Source of the DNA: Steroidobacteraceae bacterium
GTDB taxonomy: Bacteria; Pseudomonadota; Gammaproteobacteria; Steroidobacterales; Steroidobacteraceae
Direction of reading: 5' to 3'
Length of the DNA stretch: 64,000 nucleotides
Assembly: GCA_035569755.1 (NCBI GenBank)
Contig: DATMMK010000029.1
Location: 1,816 to 65,815, forward strand
Shown here: in pieces, positions 36,969-46,122 of the stretch
Layout of the letters: the number at the start of each line of letters is the position of its first letter
How positions within the stretch are numbered: position 1 is the stretch's first letter
Position numbers and translations under genes: made by a program
Notes under the pieces: model-generated
What the model was told of the DNA's origin: nothing
Databases searched by the model: none
Seen by the model: only the letters and a program-made list of their open reading frames with translations

Positions 36969-37571
36969 TCAACCGTGGTCAATGGCGGCCGCGGCGCGCG
37001 CCGCGGCGACGAACTGTGTGATCTTGAGCGGGCTCTTCACGCCGGGGCGCGCCTCGACGCCGCTCGAGACGTCGACCCCGAAGGGGCGAACGGTGGCGAT
37101 CGCCTGAGCGACGTTGGCGCAGTCGAGCCCCCCGGCGAGCACGAGCTGCGTGCTGCGGGAAAGACGCCGCGCCGCGCTCCAGTCGCTCGCCGTGCCGCTG
37201 CCGCTCGCGGGCCCCTCGAAGAGGATCCGCGGCGGGAGCGCCGCCGCGCGCTCTGCGGCGCGCACCACGGGCAGCAGCTCGAGCGATGGCGGCAGGCGCA
37301 GCGCCCCCAGATCGGCCTCATCCGTCTGCAGCACGTCCGGCCGGAAGACGCGCAGCAGCTCATCGAGCGCGGGCTGCCCGGGGTGGCGGGTCACGGCGAT
37401 GCAGCGCACCCGGCCGCGCGCCGGGCGCGCCAGCTGCGCGGCCGCTTCCGGGGTGAGCTGCCGCGGCGATGCGGCGAACACGAAGCCGATCGCGTCCGCT
37501 CCCGCCTCGAGCGCGGTCGCGATCGCATCCGGGGTCGTCATGCCGCAGATCTTGATCCACATCGCAGCCAC
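36969..37571 (-). CDS. trpF: phosphoribosylanthranilate isomerase
   Basis: MWIKICGMTTPDA...GADAIGFVF, LAGGL, GVDVSSGVE. An alternative ATG lies at 37562. Confidence 0.88.
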   Translation of the reverse strand: MAAMWIKICGMTTPDAIATALEAGADAIGFVFAASPRQLTPEAAAQLARPARGRVRCIAVTRHPGQPALDELLRVFRPDVLQTDEADLGALRLPPSLELLPVVRAAERAAALPPRILFEGPASGSGTASDWSAARRLSRSTQLVLAGGLDCANVAQAIATVRPFGVDVSSGVEARPGVKSPLKITQFVAAARAAAAIDHG

Positions 37572-37584
37572 GCCCCCCTGAAGC

Positions 37585-38415
37585 TCAGTGCGCCGCGCGC
37601 GCGGCGCGCCCGGCGCGCAGCAGTGCCGCGGCGAGCCCTTGCGGGTCCGTGCCGCGCATGAGCGCGCTGCCGACCAGCGCGAGAGAGTAGCCGGCGGCCG
37701 CGACGCTGCGTGCGCCCTCGGGCGTGGCGACGCCGCTCTCGGCCACGCGCGGTACCCCGGCCGGCAGCAGCGGGGCGAGCTCGAGGAGGCGCGCCGGCAC
37801 CACCTCGAGGGTGGCGAGGTCGCGGCAGTTCACCCCGGCGAGCAGCGCCGTCGCACCGCGCCGCCCCTCGACGAGCTCATGCATCAGCGCGATGTCATGC
37901 GCGTCGAAGGCCTCGAGCAGCACGAACAGTCCGAGTGCCAGCGCGCAGTCGATGAGCGCGCGCGTGTCCTCCCTCGGCAGCATGCGCAGGATCACCAGCA
38001 CCCCGCCGGCGCCCGCCGCGCGTGCCTCGAACACCTGATAGGGATCGACGAGGAAGTCCTTGCGCATCGCGGGCACGCCGAGCGGCGCGAGGACCTGCGC
38101 CGCGGCGCCGAGGTGCGCGAGCGAGCCGTCGAAGCGGCTCGGCTCCGTGAGCACCGAGACCGCGGCGGCGCCGGCGGCCGCATAGGATGTCACCCGTGCC
38201 GCGAGGTCTTCGTTCGCGGGCCTGAGCTCGCCCGCCGCCGGCGAGCGCAGCTTCATCTCCGCGATGAGATCGAAGCCGCTCGCATCGAGCTTGAGCGGCG
38301 GCGCCGCGGGCGTGGCGCGCGCGGCCGACTCGAGCCCCGCGAGCGAGCGGCATCTGGCCGCGGCACGCACCCGCTCGCGGCTGCCGGCGGCCATCTGCTC
38401 GAGGAACGCGCTCAA
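37585..38415 (-). CDS. trpC: indole-3-glycerol-phosphate synthase
   Basis: IAEMKLRSPAAG, VSVLTEPSRFDGS, MRKDFLVDPYQ, GVNCRDL, VAESGV. The TTG at 38415 overlaps the trpD stop (TTGA). An alternative ATG lies at 38394. The upstream part of the track ORF is inside trpD. Confidence 0.85.
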   Translation of the reverse strand: MSAFLEQMAAGSRERVRAAARCRSLAGLESAARATPAAPPLKLDASGFDLIAEMKLRSPAAGELRPANEDLAARVTSYAAAGAAAVSVLTEPSRFDGSLAHLGAAAQVLAPLGVPAMRKDFLVDPYQVFEARAAGAGGVLVILRMLPREDTRALIDCALALGLFVLLEAFDAHDIALMHELVEGRRGATALLAGVNCRDLATLEVVPARLLELAPLLPAGVPRVAESGVATPEGARSVAAAGYSLALVGSALMRGTDPQGLAAALLRAGRAARAAH

Positions 38416-39458
38416 GCGGGACTTCCGCGGCCGGGGCCGGCCGGCGCCCGCGCGCGCAGTGCCGCGAGCAGCTTTGCCGCCGCCCCGTCCTCGAGCGCCG
38501 CCCGGGCACGCGCGATGCCGGCGCGCGGCTCGGCCGCCACTCCCGCCACCTCGAGCGCGAGCGCCGTGCCGAGCAGCAGGCAGTCGCGATGCGCCCCGTG
38601 GTCCGTCCCGGTGAGCACCGCCTCGAGCGCGCGTGCGTTGTAGGCGGCATCGCCGCCGGCGAGCGCTGCGGCCGCACATTCGGCGAGCCCGTAGTCGGCC
38701 GGCTCGCGCACGGCGACGGTTACCCGCTGCGGGCGCACGTCGAACACCGTGAAGGCGCCGACCGGCGTCGGCTCGTCCCAGCCGCCCGCGCCGTGCACGA
38801 CGAAGGCACGCTCGATCGGTAGTCCCGCGAGCGTATCAGCCATGAGGCGCGCGACCTCGACACTGTAGGCGCCGATCAGGTGCAGCGGCGGCTGCGCCGG
38901 GTTCACGAGCGGACCTAAGATGTTGAACACGGTGCGCACGCCGAGCGCGGCGCGGATCGGCGCGACCCTTGAGGTCGCCGGGTGATAGTGCGGCGCGAAG
39001 AGATAGGTGAACCCGGTGGCGGCGAGGCAGGCGCCTGCGGATACGCCGTCGGCCGGGATCGCCACACCGAGCGCCTCGAGCACATCGGCGCTGCCGCAGC
39101 GGCTCGAGACCGAGCGGTTGCCGTGCTTCACGACCGGCACCCCGCAGGCGGCGGTGAGGAGCGCGGTACCGGTGGAGATGTTGAGGCTCCCCGAGGCATC
39201 GCCGCCGGTTCCGACGATGTCGATGGCGCGCATATCTGCCGGGATGTCGGGACGGCGCGCCAGGCGGCGCATGGTGAGCGCGAAGCCGCGCACCTCATCG
39301 GCCACCACGCCCTTGGTCGAGAGCGCCGCCAGCAGCGCCCCCGCCATGGCGGGGGCGAGCTCGGCGCTCGTCAGGTGCGCGAGCAGCTCCTCGGCCTGCG
39401 CCTGGCTCAGGTCGCGCCGCTCGGACAGCTGCTGCAGCAGCTCACGCGGCGCCGGCAT
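38412..39458 (-). CDS. trpD: anthranilate phosphoribosyltransferase
   Basis: [43 protein letters not shown], and further TrpD motifs. Confidence 0.93.
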   Translation of the reverse strand: MPAPRELLQQLSERRDLSQAQAEELLAHLTSAELAPAMAGALLAALSTKGVVADEVRGFALTMRRLARRPDIPADMRAIDIVGTGGDASGSLNISTGTALLTAACGVPVVKHGNRSVSSRCGSADVLEALGVAIPADGVSAGACLAATGFTYLFAPHYHPATSRVAPIRAALGVRTVFNILGPLVNPAQPPLHLIGAYSVEVARLMADTLAGLPIERAFVVHGAGGWDEPTPVGAFTVFDVRPQRVTVAVREPADYGLAECAAAALAGGDAAYNARALEAVLTGTDHGAHRDCLLLGTALALEVAGVAAEPRAGIARARAALEDGAAAKLLAALRARAPAGPGRGSPA

Positions 39459-40056
39459 CGGCGGCTCCCCGCTGGCCCGCGGAGTAGGTGAGGAAATTCT
39501 CGAGCAGCTTGGGTCCGGCGGGCGTCAGGATGCTCTCGGGGTGGAACTGCACTCCCTCAACGGTGAGCGTGCGGTGGCGCACCGCCATGATCTCGCCCTC
39601 ATCGGTGCGCGCCGTCACGGCGAGTACCTCAGGGAGCGACTCGGGAGCGGCGATCAGCGAGTGGTAGCGTCCGACCTCGCAGGGCTGGGGCAGGCCTGCG
39701 AACAGGGCGCTGCCGTCGTGGCGCACCAGCGAGGTCTTGCCGTGCATCAGGCGCGCGGCGCGCACCACCTTGCCGCCGAACACCTCGACGATCGACTGAT
39801 GCCCGAGGCATACGCCGAGCACCGGAATGGAGCCCGCGAAGGCGCGGATCATGTCCATGGAGACCCCGGCGTCGTACGGGGTGCCGGGACCGGGCGAGAT
39901 GCACAGGTGCGTGGGCGCGAGCGCGAGCGCCTCGGACGGGGTCAGGGCGTCGTTGCGGTAGACGCGCACCTCGGCGCCGAGCACCAGGAACGCCTGCACC
40001 AGGTTGTAGGTGAAGGAGTCGTAGTTGTCGATGAGCAGGAGGCGCGGTTGCCTCAC
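39442..40056 (-). CDS. trpG: anthranilate synthase component II (glutamine amidotransferase)
   Basis: [22 protein letters not shown] (catalytic Cys), QFHPES. The GTG start overlaps the trpE stop (GTGA). Confidence 0.93.
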   Translation of the reverse strand: MRQPRLLLIDNYDSFTYNLVQAFLVLGAEVRVYRNDALTPSEALALAPTHLCISPGPGTPYDAGVSMDMIRAFAGSIPVLGVCLGHQSIVEVFGGKVVRAARLMHGKTSLVRHDGSALFAGLPQPCEVGRYHSLIAAPESLPEVLAVTARTDEGEIMAVRHRTLTVEGVQFHPESILTPAGPKLLENFLTYSAGQRGAADAGAA

Positions 40057-41438
40057 AGCCCCTCCTCGGCGAGCTCGAGCGCGCGCACCATGGCGCCGCT
40101 CTTGGCGAGCACCTCCTCGTGCTCGGTGCCCGGGACGCTGTCGGCGACGATGCCGGCGCCCGCCTGGTAGCTGTACTCATCGCCCGTGAACACCAGCGTG
40201 CGGATGGTGATCGCGTGGTCCATGTCGCCGCGAGCGCCGAAGTAACCGACCGTACCGCCGTAGAGGCCGCGGCGTACCGGCTCGAGCTCGTCGATGATCT
40301 GCATGGCCCGCACCTTCGGTGCGCCGACGAGCGTGCCGGCCGGGAACGCCGCCGCGAACAGGTCGAAGGCATCGCGCCCCTGACTGAGCTCGCCGTGCAC
40401 CCCGCTCACCATGTGCATGACGTGGCTGTAGCGCTCGATGGCGCGATAGGGATCGACCGTGACACTGCCGGCGCAGGCGACCCTGCCGAGATCGTTGCGG
40501 GCGAGGTCGACGAGCATCACGTGCTCGGCGTTCTCCTTGGGATCGGCGCGCAGCTCGCTCTCGCGCGCCAGGTCAACCGCCGCATCCGCGCCGCGCGGGC
40601 GGGTGCCGGCGATCGGGCGCAGCTGTGCCCGGCGGCCGGAGAGCTTCACCAGCGCCTCGGGAGATGAGCCCACCACCGCCACGTCGCCGAGCGCGCAGTA
40701 GTACATATAAGGAGACGGGTTGATGAGGCGCAGGGCGCGGTACGCCTGGAACGGGTCGAGCGCGTGGCGGCCGGAGAAGCGGCTCGCCAGCACCATCTGG
40801 TAGACATCGCCCGCGGCGATGTACTCCTGTGTGCGCCTGACGCCCGCCATGTAGGCCTCGCGTGTCCAGGCCGCGGCCGGCGGCGAGTAGCGCCCCGCGC
40901 GGCGGCCGTTCGGCAGCGCCCCGCGCAGCGCCTGGATCACCTCGCGGCGCAGCGCGCGCCGCTCGGCCTCATCCCCGGCATGGGCGAGCGCGATGCCACG
41001 CGTCAGGTGATCGAACACCAGCACCGAGCGCGGCGCAACGTAGTGGAGCACCGGCACGCCGTGATCGGTGCGCGCGCGCGCCGGCAGCCGCTCGAAGTAG
41101 CGCACCACGTCGTAGGCCGCGTAGCCCACCAGGCCGCCGGCGAGCGGCACGCCCGGGAACTCGGGGCGCGGCTGCGGCGCGGCGGCGAGCGCGGCGCGCA
41201 GCCCCGTGAGCAGCTCCGCGCCGTCGGCGGGCGGCGCACGGCGCTCGGACCCTATCGTGAGCCCCGCCTCGTCGAGCCGTACCTCGAGCCCGTCGCCGAA
41301 GCCGATGAAGGAGTAGCGGCCGAGCCGCTCGCCGCCTTCGACGCTCTCGAGCAGGAAGCGCGGCGCGAAGGCGGCGAGCTTCATGAACGCCGAGACCGGC
41401 GTGTCGAGGTCACCGGTGATGTCGAAGGCCGTCTGCAA
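40053..41438 (-). CDS. trpE: anthranilate synthase component I
   Basis: [20 protein letters not shown], and the C-terminal chorismate-binding domain ([21 protein letters not shown]). I place the start at TTG 41438, with GGAG 9 nt upstream. The track ATG at 41492 lies in the loop of the attenuator terminator. Confidence 0.88.
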   Translation of the reverse strand: MQTAFDITGDLDTPVSAFMKLAAFAPRFLLESVEGGERLGRYSFIGFGDGLEVRLDEAGLTIGSERRAPPADGAELLTGLRAALAAAPQPRPEFPGVPLAGGLVGYAAYDVVRYFERLPARARTDHGVPVLHYVAPRSVLVFDHLTRGIALAHAGDEAERRALRREVIQALRGALPNGRRAGRYSPPAAAWTREAYMAGVRRTQEYIAAGDVYQMVLASRFSGRHALDPFQAYRALRLINPSPYMYYCALGDVAVVGSSPEALVKLSGRRAQLRPIAGTRPRGADAAVDLARESELRADPKENAEHVMLVDLARNDLGRVACAGSVTVDPYRAIERYSHVMHMVSGVHGELSQGRDAFDLFAAAFPAGTLVGAPKVRAMQIIDELEPVRRGLYGGTVGYFGARGDMDHAITIRTLVFTGDEYSYQAGAGIVADSVPGTEHEEVLAKSGAMVRALELAEEGL

Positions 41439-41467
41439 AGATCGAGGCTCCAAAAAAGACGCAAGAC

Positions 41468-41506
41468 AACAAAAAACCCATCCCGGGGTCATCCGGAGAT
41501 GGGTTT
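41468..41506 (-). terminator. trp attenuator intrinsic terminator
   Basis: On the minus strand: AAACCCATCTCCGG-atgacc-CCGGGATGGGTTT, followed by TTT G (six consecutive T in total). Located between the leader ORF and trpE. Confidence 0.75.
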
Positions 41507-41563
41507 CTGGTGCCGTTAAATCGCTTTGAGTCGCGGGAAAAAGCTAACCGTCAGCCCACTCCG

Positions 41564-41611
41564 TCATGAGGGGCGCCACCACCAGGAAGTGCTGACGGGC
41601 CGCTGCGACAT
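41564..41611 (-). CDS. trpL: trp operon leader peptide, 15 aa: MSQRPVSTSWWWRPS
   Basis: Hand-translated: atg tcg cag cgg ccc gtc agc act tcc tgg tgg tgg cgc ccc tca tga. Three consecutive Trp codons lie at 41576-41584. The C-terminal WW(W)R-x-S-stop layout mirrors E. coli TrpL (...GWWRTS). Confidence 0.75.
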   Translation of the reverse strand: MSQRPVSTSWWWRPS

Positions 41612-41621
41612 GTTGCGAACG

Positions 41622-41650
41622 AGTATCCCTGCGGGCAAGCAGGGCGTCAA
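41622..41650 (-). promoter_or_regulatory. candidate sigma70 promoter for trpL-trpE
   Basis: TTGACG (41650-41645), 17 nt, GATACT (41627-41622). The leader ATG is only 10 nt downstream of the -10, implying a near-leaderless transcript. Alternatively the promoter lies further upstream and AGGGA acts as a distant SD. Confidence 0.35.
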
Positions 41651-41658
41651 GCACCGGC

Positions 41659-42021
41659 CTACTTGCGGCACACCGCCTCGATGTTGTTGCCGTCCGGGTC
41701 GAGGAGGAACGCGGCGTAGTAATTCGGGGCGTAGTCCGCGCGGATGCCGGGCGCGCCGTTGTCGCGCCCGCGCGCCTTGAGCCCCTCGCGGTGGAAGGCA
41801 TCCACCGCGCTGCGCGTGCTCGCCTCGAAGGCGACGTGCACCAGCGAATGCGCGAGCTGCGCATCGCCCGCGAGCCAGAGCGCCGGTGCCCCTTCCGGGC
41901 CGAAGCCGGCGGTCGACTCGTCGGCGAATGCCAGCACGAGCCCCAGGGGCGCGAGCGCCGCGGTGTAGAAGCGCACGCTCGCGTCCAGATCCTTCACTTT
42001 GAGGCCGATGTGGTTGTACAC
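41659..42021 (-). CDS. VOC/glyoxalase-family protein
   Basis: GTG at 42021 preceded by GGGAGGG. VYNHIGLKVKDLDASVRFY...HVAFEA...YYAAFLLDPDGNNIE is a typical VOC fold pattern. Confidence 0.8.
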   Translation of the reverse strand: MYNHIGLKVKDLDASVRFYTAALAPLGLVLAFADESTAGFGPEGAPALWLAGDAQLAHSLVHVAFEASTRSAVDAFHREGLKARGRDNGAPGIRADYAPNYYAAFLLDPDGNNIEAVCRK

Positions 42022-42113
42022 GGGTCTGCCCTCCCTGCTGGGGGGCCGATGATGAACTCCGGCGCGCCCTTTCGCTAGAATGCGCGCCCGGCGTAACCTA
42101 GAAAGCAAACCCC

Positions 42114-42527
42114 GTGAGCTTCAAAGAGCTGCTCGAGAGCTGGCGCGAGACGGCGGCCGCGCCGCGGAGCGCCAGCACCTTCGCCGTGAATCTGCCGCTC
42201 GACGAGGCGGCACAGCTCGCCGCTCTCGCCGAGATGTTCCCGGGACGGGCTCCGGAGCAGCTGATCACCGAGCTGCTCGGCGCGGCGCTCAGGGAGCTCG
42301 CCGCCGCGATGCCCTACGTCGCCGGCAAGCGCGTGATCTCGACCGACGAGCAGGGCGACCCCATCTACGAGGACGTCGGCCCCACGCCGCGCTTCATGGC
42401 ACTCACCCGCACACACCGCCGCGACCTCGAGGCGCAGCGCAAGGAAGCCGGCCGCGCGCGGCCGCCCGCGGGCGCGAAGGCCGCGAGCCGCGCGCGCAAG
42501 TCCACCCGGCGCCGCCCGCGAGGCTGA
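42114..42527 (+). CDS. hypothetical protein with a basic C-terminal tail
   Basis: GTG-initiated ORF with coding-like composition, ending 4 nt before yajQ. No family recognised. Confidence 0.45.
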   Translation: MSFKELLESWRETAAAPRSASTFAVNLPLDEAAQLAALAEMFPGRAPEQLITELLGAALRELAAAMPYVAGKRVISTDEQGDPIYEDVGPTPRFMALTRTHRRDLEAQRKEAGRARPPAGAKAASRARKSTRRRPRG

Positions 42528-42531
42528 GGCC

Positions 42532-43014
42532 ATGCCCTCCTTCGACGCCGTCTCCGAGCTCAACCAGCATGAGGTCGCGAACGCCGTCGATCAGGCGAAC
42601 CGCGAGCTGTCACAGCGCTTCGACTTCAAGGACACGGGGGCGCGCTTCGAGCTCAAGGAATTCACCGTCACGCTGCACGCGCAGGTCGACTTTCAGCTCC
42701 GGCAGATGCTCGAGATCGTGAAGCTCCGTCTCGGCAAGCGCGGCGTCGATCTGAAGTGCCTCGAGGTGAAGGAGCCGCAGACGACGCTCGCCACCGCGCA
42801 CCAGGAGGTGCTGCTGCGCCACGGTATCGACGCCGAGACAGCTAAGCTCCTCACGCGCCTCATCAAGGACTCGAAGCTCAAGGTGCAGGCGAGCCTGCAG
42901 GGCGATAAGGTGCGGGTGAGCGGCAAGCAGCGCGATGACCTGCAGGCCGCGATGGCGCTGCTGCGCGGCGCCAAGCTCGACCGGCCGCTGCAGTTCAATA
43001 ACTTCCGGGATTGA
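42532..43014 (+). CDS. yajQ: YajQ-family nucleotide (c-di-GMP)-binding protein
   Basis: MPSFDAVSELNQHEVANAVDQANRELSQRFDFKDTGARFEL, and the C-terminal LQFNNFRD. Confidence 0.92.
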   Translation: MPSFDAVSELNQHEVANAVDQANRELSQRFDFKDTGARFELKEFTVTLHAQVDFQLRQMLEIVKLRLGKRGVDLKCLEVKEPQTTLATAHQEVLLRHGIDAETAKLLTRLIKDSKLKVQASLQGDKVRVSGKQRDDLQAAMALLRGAKLDRPLQFNNFRD

Positions 43015-43918
43015 GGCGCGCGATCGCCCGGCACAGCGCCTCGGTGGCATCGAGGACACTCGGACCGAGGCGGCTCAGACCCTGATCCTCGAAGGCGAGC
43101 AGCCGGCCGCCGCGCACGGCGCGCAGCGTTCCGAAGCGCTTCCAGTCCGTGAGCCAGCCCGCGCTCTCACCGGGCGGCCCCGCGGCGATGATGATGTCCG
43201 GATCGCGGGCGATGACCGCCTCGATGTCCACCACCGGCCCCGCCTCGGGGAGGTCGGCGAACACGTTGCGCGCGCCGCAAAGCTCGAGCGCATCGGTCAT
43301 CAGGTGCTGGCCGCCGACGGTGTAGATGGGACGGTTCCACACCTCGAGCAGCACGCTCGGATGCCGGCTCCCGGCCTCGACGCCCGCGTAGCTGCGCTCG
43401 AGAGCCGCGAGGCGCGCCTCGATGCCGCGCGCCGCGGTCTCGGCCTGTGTTGCGGTGCCAGCCAGTATGCCGAGCCGCCGGATCGACGGCGCGAGATCCC
43501 TGAGGCGCTGTGCCTGCTGCTCGTACACCGGGATGTCGAGCCGTGCGATCTTCTCGCGCTGTGCAGGGTTGCCGCCCGAGGGCCAGGCCACGACCACCTC
43601 GGGATGTATCCGCACCAGCCGCTCGAGATCGATCGAGACGGCATCGCCGATCCGTGTCACGCGCTGGGCCTCGGGCGGCACGTCCGAGTATTCGACCGTG
43701 GCCACCACCTCGGGCCCTGCGCCCGCGGCAAACAGCATCTCGGTGCCGCCGGGAGACAGGCTCACGATGCGCAGGGGCGGCGCGCGCACGGTCACGGTGC
43801 GCCCGCTGTCGTCGGTCACGGTGCGCACCGCGGCTGGCGCGGCCGGTGCCGCGCTCGCCGCGGCGCTGGCGGCCGTCACGATGGCCAGGAGAACGATGCT
43901 TGAGGGGAGTCTGGGCAC
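42995..43918 (-). CDS. periplasmic cobalamin/siderophore-type substrate-binding protein (BtuF-like)
   Basis: Signal peptide, RIVSLSPGGTEMLFAAGAG, and the class III SBP pattern. The 3' end overlaps yajQ convergently by 20 nt. Confidence 0.78.
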   Translation of the reverse strand: MPRLPSSIVLLAIVTAASAAASAAPAAPAAVRTVTDDSGRTVTVRAPPLRIVSLSPGGTEMLFAAGAGPEVVATVEYSDVPPEAQRVTRIGDAVSIDLERLVRIHPEVVVAWPSGGNPAQREKIARLDIPVYEQQAQRLRDLAPSIRRLGILAGTATQAETAARGIEARLAALERSYAGVEAGSRHPSVLLEVWNRPIYTVGGQHLMTDALELCGARNVFADLPEAGPVVDIEAVIARDPDIIIAAGPPGESAGWLTDWKRFGTLRAVRGGRLLAFEDQGLSRLGPSVLDATEALCRAIARLNPGSY

Positions 43919-43978
43919 GGCGGCTCCTGCGGCGTGTGATCATGACACACGAGGCGCTGCCCCCCGCCGCTCGCTCCC

Positions 43979-44545
43979 CTAGGCCGCGCGGGTCTCGGCC
44001 AGCGCCGCCTCCCCGCCGCTGCCCTCGAGCACCCGTGCCACCGCATGCACGGTCGCGGCGATGCGCACCGCGCTCTGCACCGCCTCGCGCTCGAGCCCGT
44101 GCTGGCGCAGCTGCCGCTCGTGCGAGGCGACGCAGGTGCCGCAGCCGTTGATGGCCGAGACCGCGAGCGACAGCAGCTCGAAGTCAGCCTTGCCTATCCC
44201 GGGGTTGCCGAGCACGTTCATGCGCAGGCGCGCCGGGAGCTTGGCGTACTCGCCGTCCTCCACCAGGTGCAGAAAGCGGTAGTAGACGTTGTTCATGCCC
44301 ATGATCGCCGCCGCGGCATGCGCGGCGGTGACGTGCGCGGCATCGAGATGCGCAGCGGCGAGCGCGCCGAGATCGCGGGCAAAGGCCGTGTTGCGCGAGG
44401 CGAGGGCGCTCGCGAGCGCCACCCCCCAGATCTGCCGCTCGCTGAGTCCCGGGGCCCCGGCGGGCGTCAGCACGCTCCCTAAGTTCAGCTGCAGGTCGCG
44501 CGCGTACGCGGGGAGCGACTCGCGAACGGCTTCGAGGGTCTTCAC
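43979..44545 (-). CDS. ahpD: alkyl hydroperoxide reductase AhpD (carboxymuconolactone decarboxylase family)
   Basis: [13 protein letters not shown]...[11 protein letters not shown] CxxC motif. Starts 1 nt after ahpC. Confidence 0.9.
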   Translation of the reverse strand: MKTLEAVRESLPAYARDLQLNLGSVLTPAGAPGLSERQIWGVALASALASRNTAFARDLGALAAAHLDAAHVTAAHAAAAIMGMNNVYYRFLHLVEDGEYAKLPARLRMNVLGNPGIGKADFELLSLAVSAINGCGTCVASHERQLRQHGLEREAVQSAVRIAATVHAVARVLEGSGGEAALAETRAA

Positions 44546-44546
44546 G

Positions 44547-45086
44547 TCAGGCCGCCTTCAGGGTCTCTTCGCCCTTCTGCCAGTTGCAGGGACAGAGCTC
44601 ATCGGTCTGCAGCGCATCGAGCACCCGCAGGACTTCCTCGGGGCTGCGGCCGACGGAGAGGTCGGTGATGTAGACGAAGCGGATCACGCCCTGGGGGTCC
44701 ACGATGTAGGTGGCGCGCTGCGCGACGCCCGCCTGCGGGTCGAGGATGCCGAGCGCCGTGGAGAGCTCGCGCTTGATGTCCGAGAGCATCGGCAACGGCA
44801 GCCCCTTCAGCTCGGCCCTCTCGCGCCGCCAGGCAAGGTGCACGAACTCACTGTCGACGCTCACGCCGAGCAGCTGCGCATCGCGGGCGCGGAACTCGCG
44901 CTCGAGCTTGCCGAAGGCGGCGATCTCGGTGGGACACACAAAGGTGAAGTCCTTCGGCCAGAAGAACACCACCTGCCATTTGCCGGGGAAGCTCTCGTGG
45001 GTGAAGGGCTGGAACGCCGTGCCGGCATCGCTCGAGACGACGCCGGTGAGCGCGAACTCGGGGAAACGCTGGCCTATGCCTGACAT
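44547..45086 (-). CDS. ahpC: peroxiredoxin AhpC
   Basis: The internal ATG at 45086 has AAGGAGA upstream. [15 protein letters not shown] (peroxidatic Cys) and the resolving Cys context DELCPCNW. Confidence 0.95.
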   Translation of the reverse strand: MSGIGQRFPEFALTGVVSSDAGTAFQPFTHESFPGKWQVVFFWPKDFTFVCPTEIAAFGKLEREFRARDAQLLGVSVDSEFVHLAWRRERAELKGLPLPMLSDIKRELSTALGILDPQAGVAQRATYIVDPQGVIRFVYITDLSVGRSPEEVLRVLDALQTDELCPCNWQKGEETLKAA

Positions 45087-45155
45087 GCTCGGATCTCCTT
45101 CGGGGACAGTGAACGGCCTTGCGGCAAGCGCGCGATCCTGCGGGATCCGCCCCTT

Positions 45156-45203
45156 ATCAATCCAATCGATTGATTTTATAATCTCGATAGACGCTATATA
45201 TCG
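45156..45203 (+). promoter_or_regulatory. AT-rich dyads in the ahpC-oxyR divergent region (candidate OxyR operator)
   Basis: ATCAAT-N7-ATTGAT (45156-45174), containing the palindrome AATCGATT. ATAG-acg-CTAT (45187-45197). CGATA-N9-TATCG (45185-45203). Confidence 0.45.
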
Positions 45204-45222
45204 GAACGGAAGGACGCCCGGC

Positions 45223-46122
45223 ATGGCCGCGGAACTCAAGCTCAAGGACCTGCGCTACCTGGTGGCGGTGGCCGACCAGCGGCACTTCGGCCGCGCCGCC
45301 GCGCGCTGCTTCGTCAGCCAGCCGACGCTCTCCTCGCAGCTGAAGAAGCTCGAGCAGGCCCTCGGCTTGCAGCTCATCGAGCGTGCCCCGAACAACGTCT
45401 CGCTCACCGAAGTCGGCGAGCAGATCGTGGCGCGTGCCCGGCGCATCATCGAGGCGAGCGAGGAGGTCGTGGCGCTCGCGGCCGGCGCGCGCGACCCGCT
45501 GGCGGGGAAGCTGCGCGTCGCGCTGCTGCCGACCATCGGACCTTATCTGCTGCCGCAGGTGATGCGGGCGATCCGCAAGGGCCTGCCGCGGCTCGAGCTG
45601 CGCCTCTACGAGCACCAGACGGCGGCGATGCTCGAGAAGCTCCGCGACGGCGAGCTCGACCTCGGGATCCTGGCGCTGCCGGTGGAGCTCGCCGGGCTCG
45701 AGGCGCGCGAGCTCTACCGCGAGGCGTTCACGGTCGCCCTCCCCGAGCGCCACCCGCTGGCCGCGCGCGCGGCGCTGCGGGCCGCGGATCTCGAGGGCGA
45801 GACGCTGCTGCTGCTCGAGGAGGGACACTGCCTGCGCGATCAGGCGCTCGAGGTGTGCGGCGCGGCCAGCGTGAGTGAGCGCGAGGACTTTCGCGCGACC
45901 AGTCTCGAAACGCTGCGGCAGATGGTGGCCGCGGGCGCCGGGGTGACACTCTTACCCGAGCTCGCGAGCCGCGGCGCTTACGGCAATGCGCGCGGCGTGC
46001 GCGTGCGCCCCTTCGCGCGGCCGGCCCCGGTGCGGCGCATCGGCGCGGTGTGGCGCAAGACGACCGCGCGAGGAGCGGCCATCGAGGCGGTGGCGCGCCT
46101 CATCGCGGAACACGCGCAGTGA
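45223..46122 (+). CDS. oxyR: LysR-family peroxide sensor OxyR
   Basis: LKDLRYLVAVADQRHFGRAAARCFVSQPTLSSQLKKLE. Redox cysteines in EEGHCLRDQALEVCG, with the C-x8-C spacing of OxyR C199/C208. Divergent from ahpCD. Confidence 0.9.
   Translation: MAAELKLKDLRYLVAVADQRHFGRAAARCFVSQPTLSSQLKKLEQALGLQLIERAPNNVSLTEVGEQIVARARRIIEASEEVVALAAGARDPLAGKLRVALLPTIGPYLLPQVMRAIRKGLPRLELRLYEHQTAAMLEKLRDGELDLGILALPVELAGLEARELYREAFTVALPERHPLAARAALRAADLEGETLLLLEEGHCLRDQALEVCGAASVSEREDFRATSLETLRQMVAAGAGVTLLPELASRGAYGNARGVRVRPFARPAPVRRIGAVWRKTTARGAAIEAVARLIAEHAQ

Noticed and set aside
41544-41567. 7-codon ORF MTEWADG (one Trp) as the trp leader
   Set aside because: It has only one Trp codon and overlaps the proposed antiterminator segment. 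The WWW-containing 15-codon ORF in another frame fits the attenuation model far better.
43934-43950. Imperfect palindrome GTGTGATCATGACACAC between ahpD and the BtuF-like gene
   Set aside because: Short, imperfect and without a U-tract or a second copy. Not distinguishable from chance.
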